Shown here: positions 30,401 through 39,388 of the stretch, piece after piece | How positions within the stretch are numbered: position 1 is the stretch's first letter | Layout: each line of letters begins with the position of its first letter | NCBI GenBank assembly: GCA_963726745.1 | Contig: CAVSDR010000006.1 | Location: 480,001-544,000, forward strand | Origin: an uncultured Verrucomicrobiae bacterium | GTDB lineage: Bacteria > Verrucomicrobiota > Verrucomicrobiia > Chthoniobacterales > UBA10450 | Direction: 5' to 3' | Length of the DNA: 64,000 nt | Made by a program: the position numbers and the translations under genes | The notes under the pieces: generated by a model | What the model was told of the DNA's origin: nothing | Seen by the model: only the letters and a program-made list of their open reading frames with translations | Database searches by the model: none

Positions 30401-30844
30401 GAGACCTCAGGCGTGGCCTCGGTGGAACTCTATGATCTCAACCCCGCGAGCGACTCGCGCATTGCCAACATCTCCACCCGCGGCCGCGTGGAGACCGGAG
30501 ACAATGTCATGATCGGCGGCTTCATCCTCAGCGGCCCGGACTCGACCAAGGTGATCGTGCGCGCGCTTGGTCCCTCGTTAGGCGACCGGGGCGTCGCTGG
30601 CGCACTCGCCGACACCACGCTCGAGCTTTACAACGGCAACGGCGCGCAGCTCGCCGCGAACGATGACTGGCAGACGGACCAGGCGCAGGAAATCATCGAC
30701 TCGACCGTGCCGCCGGAGGATCCGCGGGAATCCGCCATCGTCCGCACGCTCACGCCGGGGGCTTACACCGCGATCGTGCGCGGGAAAGCGGCCAGCAGCG
30801 GCGTGGCCCTGGTGGAAGTCTACAATCTCGAGCCGGCTCCTTAA
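27500..30844 (+). CDS. Secreted M10/matrixin metalloprotease + 4 Ig-like (He_PIG) repeats + beta-propeller + duplicated C-terminal domain
   Basis: Signal peptide; HEFGHVLGLDH with Met-turn; four LPxGxxxDPAxGxIxG repeats; propeller motifs LSPDGTRLY, LSPDRRNLF, FSADGRY; two NxSTR..IGGFI repeats. Confidence 0.88.
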   Translation: MARFSRSRWLLLAGALLVLLSAAAQAYVLLPYRWADGTQIQMHLALTRSSGPLQDGSVSWNASAADALALWNQNLGQVRLVDAGPASAAANDGANTVAFASTVYGQSWGGNTLAVTLNYSPSGAFFTETDVLFNSARNWDSYRGDLQGSGPGGTYDLHRVALHEFGHVLGLDHPDEHGQPGRVAMMNSIISNLDHLADDDLAGARALYAAVITSTLSSQTVRSGDAFAYQIRANNSPTSFRAEGLPPGMQVDPASGLISGRCPTSGLFTVDLTAENASGGTATGRFLLQVLPYPLTSASRPAPTLLGSAFAYQITAPNNPTSFSSSALPEGLALDPATGRISGTATMAGTFTVQVIARSATSEASGSIVIEISPPRITSPATIPAIEINQTFSYQVMATHSPTAFSATGLPPGFQIDPATGWITGTATNPGNYSVTLRAETAYGPATLQLSLVILVGRINSELNPAGQPIGSAFTYQITATNRPTAFRAQPLPSGLQLDPATGKISGVLTLSGTFSVTLTAQGSAGDVNALLRITVFPAASVIPSTVPEFELPQVFTLMADPVRPRLYLACASGIAVVDSFTYGQIKLLPMSERPPALDLSPDGTRLYATAGSQGVIKVVDLQTLEFLPDVPVPGRNLWQLRAGADGMLYVIDYGDTSAVLQIDPANGAIVGALRPNPPGAPTPIDTLVLSPDRRNLFVAELYRSTGTLARYALNPGVAPELGQKIASNINIQKLSVTADGRALALVFDGGSSLRSVDNLTSEIGRFPAPLSPLEIAFSADGRYAVQSYRSDPRVDLFDARSGALVRSVALPEALYPPPTEILPDLAFDGASSRFFVVAPGIGSGSRIFVYQLSAGPAPPRQLLNVSTRLRTQTGENVLIGGFIVTGRAPKRVVLRAIGPSFALAGKLADPTLELHGPDGLLATNDNWNEHRQEILLTTVPPTNEREAAIVATLDPGAYTAIVRGLGETSGVASVELYDLNPASDSRIANISTRGRVETGDNVMIGGFILSGPDSTKVIVRALGPSLGDRGVAGALADTTLELYNGNGAQLAANDDWQTDQAQEIIDSTVPPEDPRESAIVRTLTPGAYTAIVRGKAASSGVALVEVYNLEPAP
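28178..29110 (+). repeat. Four tandem ~82-aa Ig-like (He_PIG) coding repeats
   Basis: FxYQIxA..PTxF...LPxG..DPAxGxIxG units begin near 28178, 28427, 28672 and 28918. Confidence 0.8.
30086..30832 (+). repeat. Two tandem ~125-aa C-terminal domains
   Basis: LLNVSTR..IGGFIV..RAIGPS..NDNW..GAYTAIVRG..VELYDL and IANISTR..IGGFIL..RALGPS..NDDW..GAYTAIVRG..VEVYNL. Confidence 0.85.
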
Positions 30845-31146
30845 CTCCCGCCGCTGGCTACCGGCGGCGCGACTTCGTTCGCCTCGAAGACCACGCGGGT
30901 AGAGGAGGCGAAGTGGAAGCAGGTGCGCCCGTTGCGGATTTCCTTGACCGTGAAAGTGACCGTGCGGGAGGCGCCGATCGCGTGGCGCAGGCACAGGCCG
31001 ACTTTGCCGAAGCGGGTATTGATGTCCTTGAGCCACTCGCGGAAGCGCTCCGGGTTAAAGGTGGCCATGTCGCGCGTGAGCACGGTGTGGAGGAGCTGGC
31101 GCACCGCTTCGCGCTGCTCCTTCGGTCGGGAATGCATTCCTTGCAT
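30841..31146 (-). CDS. Small hypothetical protein
   Basis: Compact ORF with natural-looking composition between upp and the protease stop; start uncertain. Confidence 0.45.
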   Translation of the reverse strand: MQGMHSRPKEQREAVRQLLHTVLTRDMATFNPERFREWLKDINTRFGKVGLCLRHAIGASRTVTFTVKEIRNGRTCFHFASSTRVVFEANEVAPPVASGGS

Positions 31147-31188
31147 GCCGCCCTTTCCAAGCAGGCGCAATGCCGCGGCCGACCGCGC

Positions 31189-31807
31189 CTAACAAGTCCC
31201 GAAGTAGCGGTCGCCCGCGTCCCCCAGACCCGGGAGAATGTAGCCGCGCTCGTTCAGCCCGGTGTCGATCGCCGCGGTGATGATCGGAATCGACGGATGC
31301 GTCGCCTGCATCTGTGCGATCCCCTCCGGGCAGGCCACGAGCACGACCAGCTGGATGCGTTCCGCCCCGGCGGACTTCAGCAATTCCACCGCGGCACACG
31401 CGCTATGGCCGGTGGCCAGCATCGGGTCGAGCAGGAGCACTTCCGCCTGCGCGATTTGTTTAGGCAGCCGGCTGTAATAAGTCACCGGGCGAAGGGTTTT
31501 TTCGTCACGATACAAACCGAGATGCCCCACCTGCGCCTCGGGCAAAAGTTGCAGCATCCCATCCATCATCCCAAGGCCGGCGCGCAGGATCGGCACCAGC
31601 GCGACCGGCCGCGCGAGCGCGGCGCCGGCGCAAGTTTGCAGGGGCGTGGTCACTTCGATCTCGCGCGTGTCCCAGGAGCGCGCAGCTTCGGTCAAGAGGA
31701 GCATCGAGACTTCCTGGAGCGCGCGCCGGAAAACGCCGGTGCTGGTGGTGTGCGCACGCAGCAGGGCCAGCTTGGCCGCGACCAGCGGATGCGCGACGAC
31801 GTGTCAC
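31189..31807 (-). CDS. upp: Uracil phosphoribosyltransferase; frameshift just after the presumed start (about 31800)
   Basis: HPLVAAKLALLR, VPILRAGLGM, GLYRDEKTL, LDPMLATGHSA, YILPGLGDAGDRYFGT. Confidence 0.93.
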
Positions 31808-31892
31808 GCCGGGCGGAGGGGAGAAGGTGTCGGCTGTTTTAATGGCGCGGATACGAAACCGTGCCGCGCCGACAAAGCAAGGCACCCGCGAG

Positions 31893-32415
31893 CTAAGGCC
31901 GCGGCGGCTCGCGGCTAATCGTGGTCCACTTGCCGTTTTTGTGCACCGCCACCCAGGCGGCGCCCAGTTGCCGGTAATCCGCGTAGCGCGAGTCGTCGAG
32001 ATCGGCGAAACAGACCGCCATGTGGCCGTCGGCGATTTGGTAGATCAAGAGGTGGACCGTGAGCGTATCCAGCGCCATGTGACTATCGATGCTGTTCGTG
32101 CCACTGACGGTGTAGCTGTTGGCCAGCTCCAGCGCCATCTGGTCAAAGGCGCCGCCGGCATCCGACTGGACGATCCGGGCCGCTTTCGTGTTCGACCCGC
32201 TGACAGGCGCGCGGGCCACGATCCAGGCGGTGATCGGCGAGACGCCTAACGAGCGAAAGAGCGGGCGGTTAACGCCGCGCCGGAGCGCTTCCTTGGGGAA
32301 ACGAGGCAGCGTATTGATCGTGCGGGCATTCGCCGGCAGCGGAGACTTTCGGTGGACCGGCCTGGGCGGAAACTGCGCAGGCCGCGAGCGCGAGGAGCAG
32401 GGCAAAGCGACGCAT
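31893..32415 (-). CDS. Secreted hypothetical protein; frameshift near 32345
   Basis: ATG 32415 gives signal peptide MRRFALLLALAACAVSAQAG; the body continues in the frame of ORF 31893..32552. Confidence 0.55.
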
Positions 32416-32472
32416 AAAACGGCGCCGAAGCTGGAAGAAATCCGCGCAAAAGGCAAGCCTGCGCCGCGGTCG

Positions 32473-34826
32473 TTAGGCACTTTCCCGCATCCGCACGGGC
32501 GAGGCGGCGATTTTATCCAGCACGATCTCTCCTTGCCCATCGAAACGCCCAAAGGCCAGCACCCCCGTGGGGCATTCCTGCACGCAGGCGGAGCAGCGAA
32601 CGCACTGCGGGTCTTCCATCGGTCGGCCTTTGTTCGCGAAGCTCATCACGTCGATCCCCTGGTGGCAGACCGAGGTGCAGACGTTGCAGGAGATGCACTT
32701 CGATTTGTCCGGAAAAATCCGGTAGCGCGAGAAGCGCGTGTAGATGTGCATCAGCGCCGCCAGCGGACAGCCAAAGCGGCACCAGACCCGCCCGCTGAAC
32801 CAAAAATAAAGGCCCACGCCGAGGATCCCGCCCATGAAGATATCGACGCTCCAGGCGTAGCTGAGGAACGGGATGCCCTCGAAAAGTTTGTGATACCAGG
32901 CCGTGGCCCACGAGCCCTCGCCAAGCGCCCAGCCGGCGATGCGGAGCGCGAGGATGAGGAAGGCGAAAAGCAACGCCGCCTGGCCCGACCATGTTGACCC
33001 GATTCCAGACCGGGCCGTGCGGCATCTTTTCGCGGTGGGCGTCGCCCATGGTCTCGGCGAGCGCGCCGCAGGAGCAGATCCAGCCGCAGTAGGCGCCTTT
33101 GCCCCAGCGAAAAATAATCAGCGGGATGAGCACGAAAGTCTGGAGGAAGGAAATCCCCAGCCAAAGCCACATCGGATGATCGGTGAAGACGTTGTAGACG
33201 TTCAACGGGAAGGCGAGGATGAAGCCATAGGCCCGCCAGTAGGCGCGCTCGTGGCCTAACGAGCCGTCGTAGCTTTCGAAGAGCTGGTTCGCCAGCCAAT
33301 GTAAGCGGCTGCCCCGGTTCAAACCAGCCGTTGCGCCCCATCCACGGGAGAAGCAGTTCCGGCAAAATAAACAGCGGGATGCATTGCGACGCGATCAAGA
33401 CGCCGGTCTGCCACTTCACGTAAGGCGTGCGCCGCCGCTGAATCCGCCGGACGCCAAAGACAACCACGCAGGTGCAATAGGCCAGGGTGTAATAGAACGC
33501 CGGGTTCCCGAGGCCGCGCTTGATCGTATAAAGCAGGTTGCCCTCGCGGCTCGACCATTCCGCGAGCTTCCCGCCGGCCGCGCCGAAAAGAGCCGGCACA
33601 TTGTAAGGAAACGCCTGCGCCTGGCTGGCCCAGCGTTGCACCGGGAATTCCTGCGGGTGGTTGCTCTTCCAGTGATAAAGAACCACGCAGAAGAGCACAA
33701 AGGCCAGGCAGCTGATCCATGTGCGCGCGTTCCAATCGCCGCGCACTTTCAACCCGCTCCGGCGAAAAAACTCAAGCGGCGCTTCCCTCCCCAACATCGT
33801 AAAGACAACGTCGTTAGGCAGCGTTTTCTCGCTCCCATCTTGCAGGTAAACCTGGTCGGCCTCGATCCGCGTGACCTCGGTCCCGAGCGCCAGTTTGAGC
33901 GACCCGCAATCCTCGCAGCCAAGGCCATCGGTCATGGCCGCATTCACCCGGTCGGAGCTCGGCCGTTCCACCTCCACGTCCGCATGGCGATCGCGCGCCA
34001 GCGCCTCGATCTTGGTGATGTTCTCCGGCTTCGGGCGCGCGAATTCCTTTCTCCGATAACTCAGCGTTACCTCCGCGCCCGCGCGGGCCAACGCGATCGC
34101 GGTCTCCAAAGCCGAGTCGCCGCCGCCGACCACGAGCGCTTTCTGGCCGCTGAATTCATGCGGATCAAAAAGGCGATTCGAAACCTTCTCGAGCTCCTCG
34201 CCAGGGACGTTGAGCTTGCGGAAATTTCCGCTGCGCCCGATGGCCACAAGCACGCGCCGCGCGCGCAGCGGCTCGCCCTCGGCCAGGTGGAGCACGAGCT
34301 CGCCGCCAGTGCGCTCGACCCGCTCGACCCGCGCCGGGGTCACTTCCACGCCCGCGGCTTTTTGCTGCGCCTGCATCTCGCGCAGGAGGTCTTCCTTCAC
34401 CTCGGCTTCGAAATGCAGGCCGCCCTCGAGCTTCATTTCCGTGGGGTAGGTGTAGATCGGTTTGCGCTTCGGAAAGTTGATGACGGTCGAGAAGGTCTCG
34501 GTCGCTTCCAGGATCGCGAAGCGGAGCCCGGCCTTCTTCGCCTCGATCGCCGCGGAGATCCCGGCCACGCCGGCGCCGATGATCGCCAGGTCGAGCGTCT
34601 CGCCCTGGCCTTTCGAAAAATTGCCCTCGCGCAAGATCGCCCGGACCGCGCTCGCCCCGGTGTGCGATGAGAATTTAAGCAGCGGGATGCCGGTGAGATC
34701 TCCGACGATGCGGACGCCCGGAAGATTGGTCGCACCTTCCGCGCCGCTGACCGGGAGCTGCTCGACGGTGCCAGCCGGCCACTGCGTATGCAGCCAATGA
34801 GTGTATCGTCCCAGCAGTCCAGCCAT
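32473..34826 (-). CDS. FAD/NAD(P)-dependent oxidoreductase fused to a membrane NapH-type 4Fe-4S domain; frameshifts near 33300 and 32975
   Basis: IIGAGVAG and VVGGGDSALE Rossmann motifs; TM helices; YCGWICSCGAL and WCRFGCPL; two CxxCxxCxxxC ferredoxin motifs, spread across ORFs 32751..34826, 32513..33322 and 32473..32973. Confidence 0.8.
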
Positions 34827-36825
34827 GCCTGTATCTACTCCCGAAGCTCCTGAGGCGGAATCCTCTTCTTCCCGGCAACCCGGAGAGTCGCTCGCGCCTT
34901 CATCGGCGGCGGCCTCCGCACCTTTCGCCCGGCGTTATCCCATCGGCGCCGAGGTCACCGGCGACGGCCGCACGCATTTCCGCGTCTGGGCACCGAAGGC
35001 CCGGCGGCTGGCGGTGGTCCTGGAGGAATCGGCGGAGGTCGCGGCGGCGCGCAGTTTTCATGAACTCGAGCGGGAAGATGCGGGATACTTCGCTGGCTTT
35101 GCCCCGGCGGATGCAGGCGCGCTTTACCGCTTCCGGCTGGATGAGAACGATCACTTCCATCCCGACCCGGCGGCGCGCGCGCAGCCGGAAGGGCCGCACC
35201 GCTCCTCCCTGGTGGTCAACCCGGCGACCTTTTCCTGGACCGACCAGGCCTGGCCGGGCGTGGAGATCGCCGGGCAGGTGATCTACGAAATGCACGTGGG
35301 GACCTTCACCCCGGAGGGCACGTGGGCCGCGGCCGCGCGCGAGCTCGCAGAGCTGGCGGCGCTCGGCGTAACCGTGATCGAGATGATGCCGGTAGCGGAT
35401 TTTGCCGGCGACTTCGGCTGGGGCTACGACGGGGTGAATCTTTTCGCGCCCACGCGGCTCTACGGCTCGCCGGACGACCTGCGGGCGTTCATTGACACCG
35501 CGCACGCCCACGGCCTTGGGGTGATCCTCGATGTGGTCTACAACCATCTCGGGCCGGAAGGAAATTACCTGCGCGTCTTCGCGGAGGATTACTTCACCGA
35601 CCGCTACGAGAACGACTGGGGCGACGCGCTCAATTTCGACGGGCCGAACTCCGCCGCGGTGCGGGAGTTCTTCCTTACGAACGCACGCTATTGGATCGAG
35701 GAATTTCATTTCGACGGCTTCCGCTTCGACGCCACGCAGAACATCTGCGACGAATCGCCGGAATACATCGTCGCCGAAATCGGCCGGGTGGCGCGGGCCG
35801 CGGCCGGCCGGCGGCAGATCATCCTCGTAGCCGAGAACGAGCCGCAGAAAGCAGAGCTGGTGCGGCCGCTGGCCGAGGGCGGACACGGGCTCGATGCGGT
35901 CTGGAACGACGACCTGCATCACAGTGCGCTGGTTGCGCTGACCGGGCGAAACGAGGCCTATTACTCCGACTACCGCGGCCGTCCGCAGGAGTTCATCTCG
36001 GCGGCTAAATATGGCTACCTCTTCCAAGGGCAACCGTACACCTGGCAGGATGCGCCGCGCGGCGAGCCGACTTTCGGGGTGAACTCGCCGGCGTTCATCG
36101 GCTTCCTGGAGAACCACGACCAGGTGGCGAACTCGGCCTTCGGCGAACGCGTGCGCTTGCAAACCTCGCCGGGACGTTATCGCGCGCTGACCGCGTTGAT
36201 TTTGCTCGGGCCCTGGACGCCGATGCTGTTCCAAGGGCAGGAGTTCGGCGCGACCACGCCGTTTCTTTATTTCTGCGATGTCCCGGACGTGCGCGAGGCG
36301 GTGCGCGAAGGGCGTTTCAAATTCCTCGCGCAGTTCCCTTCGATCGCCAGCCAGGAGGCGCAGGCGCAACTTGCGCACCCGGGGGAACGCGACACCTTCA
36401 CGCGCTCGAAGCTCGATTTTTCCGAACGCGAAACCATGCAACCGATCTATCACCTGCACCGCGACCTCCTGCGGTTGCGCCGGGAAGATGCGCGTTTTAG
36501 CCAGCAACCTCAGCACGGCGTCGACGGCGCGGTCTTGAACGACGGGAGCTTCGTCCTGCGTTACCGGAGCGACGACCGGCAGGATCGTCTCCTGGTGGTG
36601 AACCTCGGTCCGCGGCGCGATCTCGGGCCGATTCCCGAGCCACTGCTCGCCCCGCCGGTGGGCCATCGCTGGGCGACGCTCTGGACGAGCGACTCGGTGC
36701 GCTACGGCGGCCATGGGCCCACGGAAGTCGCCAACGAGCAACGCTGGCTCCTGCCGGCGGAAGCCACCGTGGCCTTGCACCCGGTGCCGGAAACGCAGCC
36801 GCGCCGCCGGGCCCAAAAGCGCTAA
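34825..36825 (+). CDS. treZ: Malto-oligosyltrehalose trehalohydrolase (GH13)
   Basis: FRVWAP, IYEMHVGTFTPEGT, WGYDGV, DVVYNHLGP, DGFRFDAT, WNDDLHH, ENHDQVAN, PMLFQGQE. Confidence 0.9.
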   Translation: MPVSTPEAPEAESSSSRQPGESLAPSSAAASAPFARRYPIGAEVTGDGRTHFRVWAPKARRLAVVLEESAEVAAARSFHELEREDAGYFAGFAPADAGALYRFRLDENDHFHPDPAARAQPEGPHRSSLVVNPATFSWTDQAWPGVEIAGQVIYEMHVGTFTPEGTWAAAARELAELAALGVTVIEMMPVADFAGDFGWGYDGVNLFAPTRLYGSPDDLRAFIDTAHAHGLGVILDVVYNHLGPEGNYLRVFAEDYFTDRYENDWGDALNFDGPNSAAVREFFLTNARYWIEEFHFDGFRFDATQNICDESPEYIVAEIGRVARAAAGRRQIILVAENEPQKAELVRPLAEGGHGLDAVWNDDLHHSALVALTGRNEAYYSDYRGRPQEFISAAKYGYLFQGQPYTWQDAPRGEPTFGVNSPAFIGFLENHDQVANSAFGERVRLQTSPGRYRALTALILLGPWTPMLFQGQEFGATTPFLYFCDVPDVREAVREGRFKFLAQFPSIASQEAQAQLAHPGERDTFTRSKLDFSERETMQPIYHLHRDLLRLRREDARFSQQPQHGVDGAVLNDGSFVLRYRSDDRQDRLLVVNLGPRRDLGPIPEPLLAPPVGHRWATLWTSDSVRYGGHGPTEVANEQRWLLPAEATVALHPVPETQPRRRAQKR

Positions 36826-36849
36826 GGCGCCGGCTCTCTTTCTTTCTCC

Positions 36850-38913
36850 ATGGAAGCCATCTCCCTAAACAAACCGGACCTGGTGCGGCGCATGCCGCGG
36901 CATCCGGCCGACAACGCCGGCGAAATCGCCCTCGAACGCGAATGGCTCGTGACCAACGGCCTCGGCGGTTACTCCTCCGGGACGGTCTCGGGGGCGATCA
37001 CGCGGAAGTATCACGGCATCCTCATCGCCGCCCTGCCCGCGCCGCTCGGGCGCATGGTCATGTGGAGTCATGTCTCGGAATTTCTCCGCTTCGCCGATGG
37101 GGAATCGGTCTCGTTAGGCGGCGAGGAACGGGCCCACGGGCAGCTCGACCTGCGCGGGGCCGATTACCTCCAGGAGTTCCGGCTCGAAGATGGACTGCCG
37201 AGCTGGACTTTTCGCGTGCGCGACGTGGTCCTCGAGAAGCGCATTGTCATGCCGCACCTGCAAAACACGGTGCACGTGATCTACCGCTTAAAAGGGCCGG
37301 CCGCTTTGCCCCGGCTGGAGCTGCGCCCGGCCTTCCAATTCCGCCACCATGAAGCGGCGGTCGATGAATCCCTTTCGGCGCCTTACCAAGTGACGGTGGC
37401 CGATGGCCGCTACGAGGTCGCGAGCACGCATGCGGATCTCCCGCCCTGCCGCCTCCAGTTGCATGGCTGCAAGTCGACTTTTCGGGTCGAGCCCGGCTGG
37501 ATCCAGCAGGTGATCTACCGCACGGAACAAGAACGCGGCTACGCCTTTGAAGGCGACCTTTGGACACCCGGGACTTTCGAGGTGGAAGTGCAACCGGAGT
37601 GCGCCGCGACCATGATCGGATCGACCGAGGACTGGGAAATTCCCGACGTCCTCCCGCCAAAGGCCGTCGAACGCGCGGAGGCGGAGCGCCGCGCCCGGCT
37701 CCTTGCGCAAGCCGCGCCCGAAGCGCGCGATGGTTTCCCGGCAGAGCTGGTCTACGCGGCCGATCAATTTGTCATCAAACCGGCTGGCCGGACGCGCGAT
37801 GAAGCGCGGGCGCACGCAGCCGGGGACGAGGTGCGGACGGTGATCGCGGGTTACCATTGGTTCACTGACTGGGGCCGCGACACCATGATCAGCCTGGAGG
37901 GTTTGACCCTAACGACTGGTCGCTGGGTGGAGGCGGGCTACATCCTGCGGACCTTCGCGCATTACGTGCGCGACGGCTTGATTCCAAACATGTTTCCCGA
38001 CGGGAAAAACGAAGGCCTCTACCACACGGCGGACGCGACCCTTTGGTTCTTCCACGCGCTCGGGCGTTACCTCCAGGCGACAGACGACGAGATCACGCTG
38101 CGGCTCCTCTTGCCCACGCTGGTGGAAATCGCGGAAGCGCATCTGCGCGGGACGAAATTCAACATCCACGTCGATCCGGCGGACGGCCTGCTCGCGCAGG
38201 GCGCGGAAGGCTACCAGCTCACCTGGATGGACGCGAAGATGGGCGACTGGGTGGTCACGCCGCGGCGCGGGAAAGCCGTGGAGCTGAACGCGCTTTGGTT
38301 TAACGCGCTCGCGCTTCTCTCGGGTTGGCTGGAACGGGTCCGGAACGCGCCCGACGCAGCGCGCTTCCGCGAGCATGCGCAGCGCGCGCGCGCGTCGTTC
38401 AACGCCCGCTTTTGGAATGAAAGTGCCGGCTATTTGTTCGACGTAGTCGACACTCCGGAAGGAACCGACGACGCCGCCTGCCGGCCGAATCAGATCTTCG
38501 CGCTCTCGCTCGAGCATCCGGTGCTGGACGAACAGCATTGGGCCGCGGTGCTCGCAGTGGTGCAGGAACGCCTGCTCACGCCGGTGGGCCTGCGCTCGCT
38601 TTCCCCGGAGAATCCGGACTACAAACCGACCTATCACGGCGATCTCCGGACGCGCGACGCGGCCTACCATCAAGGCACGGTCTGGGGCTGGCTCATCGGA
38701 CCATTCATCGATGCCTGGCAGAAAGTGCATCCGGACGACAAAGCCGGTGCGCGCCGCTTTCTCGAGCGCTTCCCGGCGCACCTGAGCGAGGCCGGCCTCG
38801 GCTCGATCAGCGAGGTCTTCGACGCGGAGGAACCGCACCGGCCGCGCGGCTGCATCGCGCAGGCGTGGAGTGTGGCGGAAGTGCTGCGCGCCTGGGTGGC
38901 GACGGCGAAGTAA
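36850..38913 (+). CDS. Glycogen debranching enzyme (amylo-alpha-1,6-glucosidase)
   Basis: REWLVTNGLGGY, IAGYHWFTDWGRDTMISL, LTWMDAK, RPNQ, YHQGTVW, GCIAQAWSVAE. Confidence 0.93.
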   Translation: MEAISLNKPDLVRRMPRHPADNAGEIALEREWLVTNGLGGYSSGTVSGAITRKYHGILIAALPAPLGRMVMWSHVSEFLRFADGESVSLGGEERAHGQLDLRGADYLQEFRLEDGLPSWTFRVRDVVLEKRIVMPHLQNTVHVIYRLKGPAALPRLELRPAFQFRHHEAAVDESLSAPYQVTVADGRYEVASTHADLPPCRLQLHGCKSTFRVEPGWIQQVIYRTEQERGYAFEGDLWTPGTFEVEVQPECAATMIGSTEDWEIPDVLPPKAVERAEAERRARLLAQAAPEARDGFPAELVYAADQFVIKPAGRTRDEARAHAAGDEVRTVIAGYHWFTDWGRDTMISLEGLTLTTGRWVEAGYILRTFAHYVRDGLIPNMFPDGKNEGLYHTADATLWFFHALGRYLQATDDEITLRLLLPTLVEIAEAHLRGTKFNIHVDPADGLLAQGAEGYQLTWMDAKMGDWVVTPRRGKAVELNALWFNALALLSGWLERVRNAPDAARFREHAQRARASFNARFWNESAGYLFDVVDTPEGTDDAACRPNQIFALSLEHPVLDEQHWAAVLAVVQERLLTPVGLRSLSPENPDYKPTYHGDLRTRDAAYHQGTVWGWLIGPFIDAWQKVHPDDKAGARRFLERFPAHLSEAGLGSISEVFDAEEPHRPRGCIAQAWSVAEVLRAWVATAK

Positions 38914-38920
38914 GCGGCTG

Positions 38921-39388
38921 CTACTGCGCCGCGGGTTCGCGTTTTGGCTGCCGCTTCAGGAGCGTGATCTGCTTGATCCGCGCAGAGTCGTTCGGGCTCC
39001 AGGTGGCGACATCGGGATCGTCCTTGAACGCATTGTGCACGATGCGGCGCTCGTAGGAATTCATCGGCTCGAGCTGCATTGACCGCCCGCTCGCGCGCAC
39101 CCGCTCGGCCAGTTCGCGCACCCGCTGGACGATCTTGTCCTCGCGCATCGAGCGGTAATGCTCGCAATCGACGATCACCTTTTCCGCCTCGCGATCCTTC
39201 GTCTGGATGAGGCGATTGAGCAGGAACTGGATGGCCTCGAGCGTCTCGCCGTCGCGCCCGATCAGTCGGGCCTGTTCCTCGGTGTAAATTTGCAGGGTCA
39301 GGTTGCCGCCTTCGCCGCGTTGCTCGTCGATCTCGGTCACGAAACCGAGGTATCCGAGGATGGTATCGAGGAGTTCCTTGGGGGTCAT
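38921..39388 (-). CDS. jag: Jag/KhpB-like KH + R3H RNA-binding protein
   Basis: LIGRDGETLEAIQFL, LEPMNSYERRIVH; downstream of yidC. Confidence 0.88.
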   Translation of the reverse strand: MTPKELLDTILGYLGFVTEIDEQRGEGGNLTLQIYTEEQARLIGRDGETLEAIQFLLNRLIQTKDREAEKVIVDCEHYRSMREDKIVQRVRELAERVRASGRSMQLEPMNSYERRIVHNAFKDDPDVATWSPNDSARIKQITLLKRQPKREPAAQ

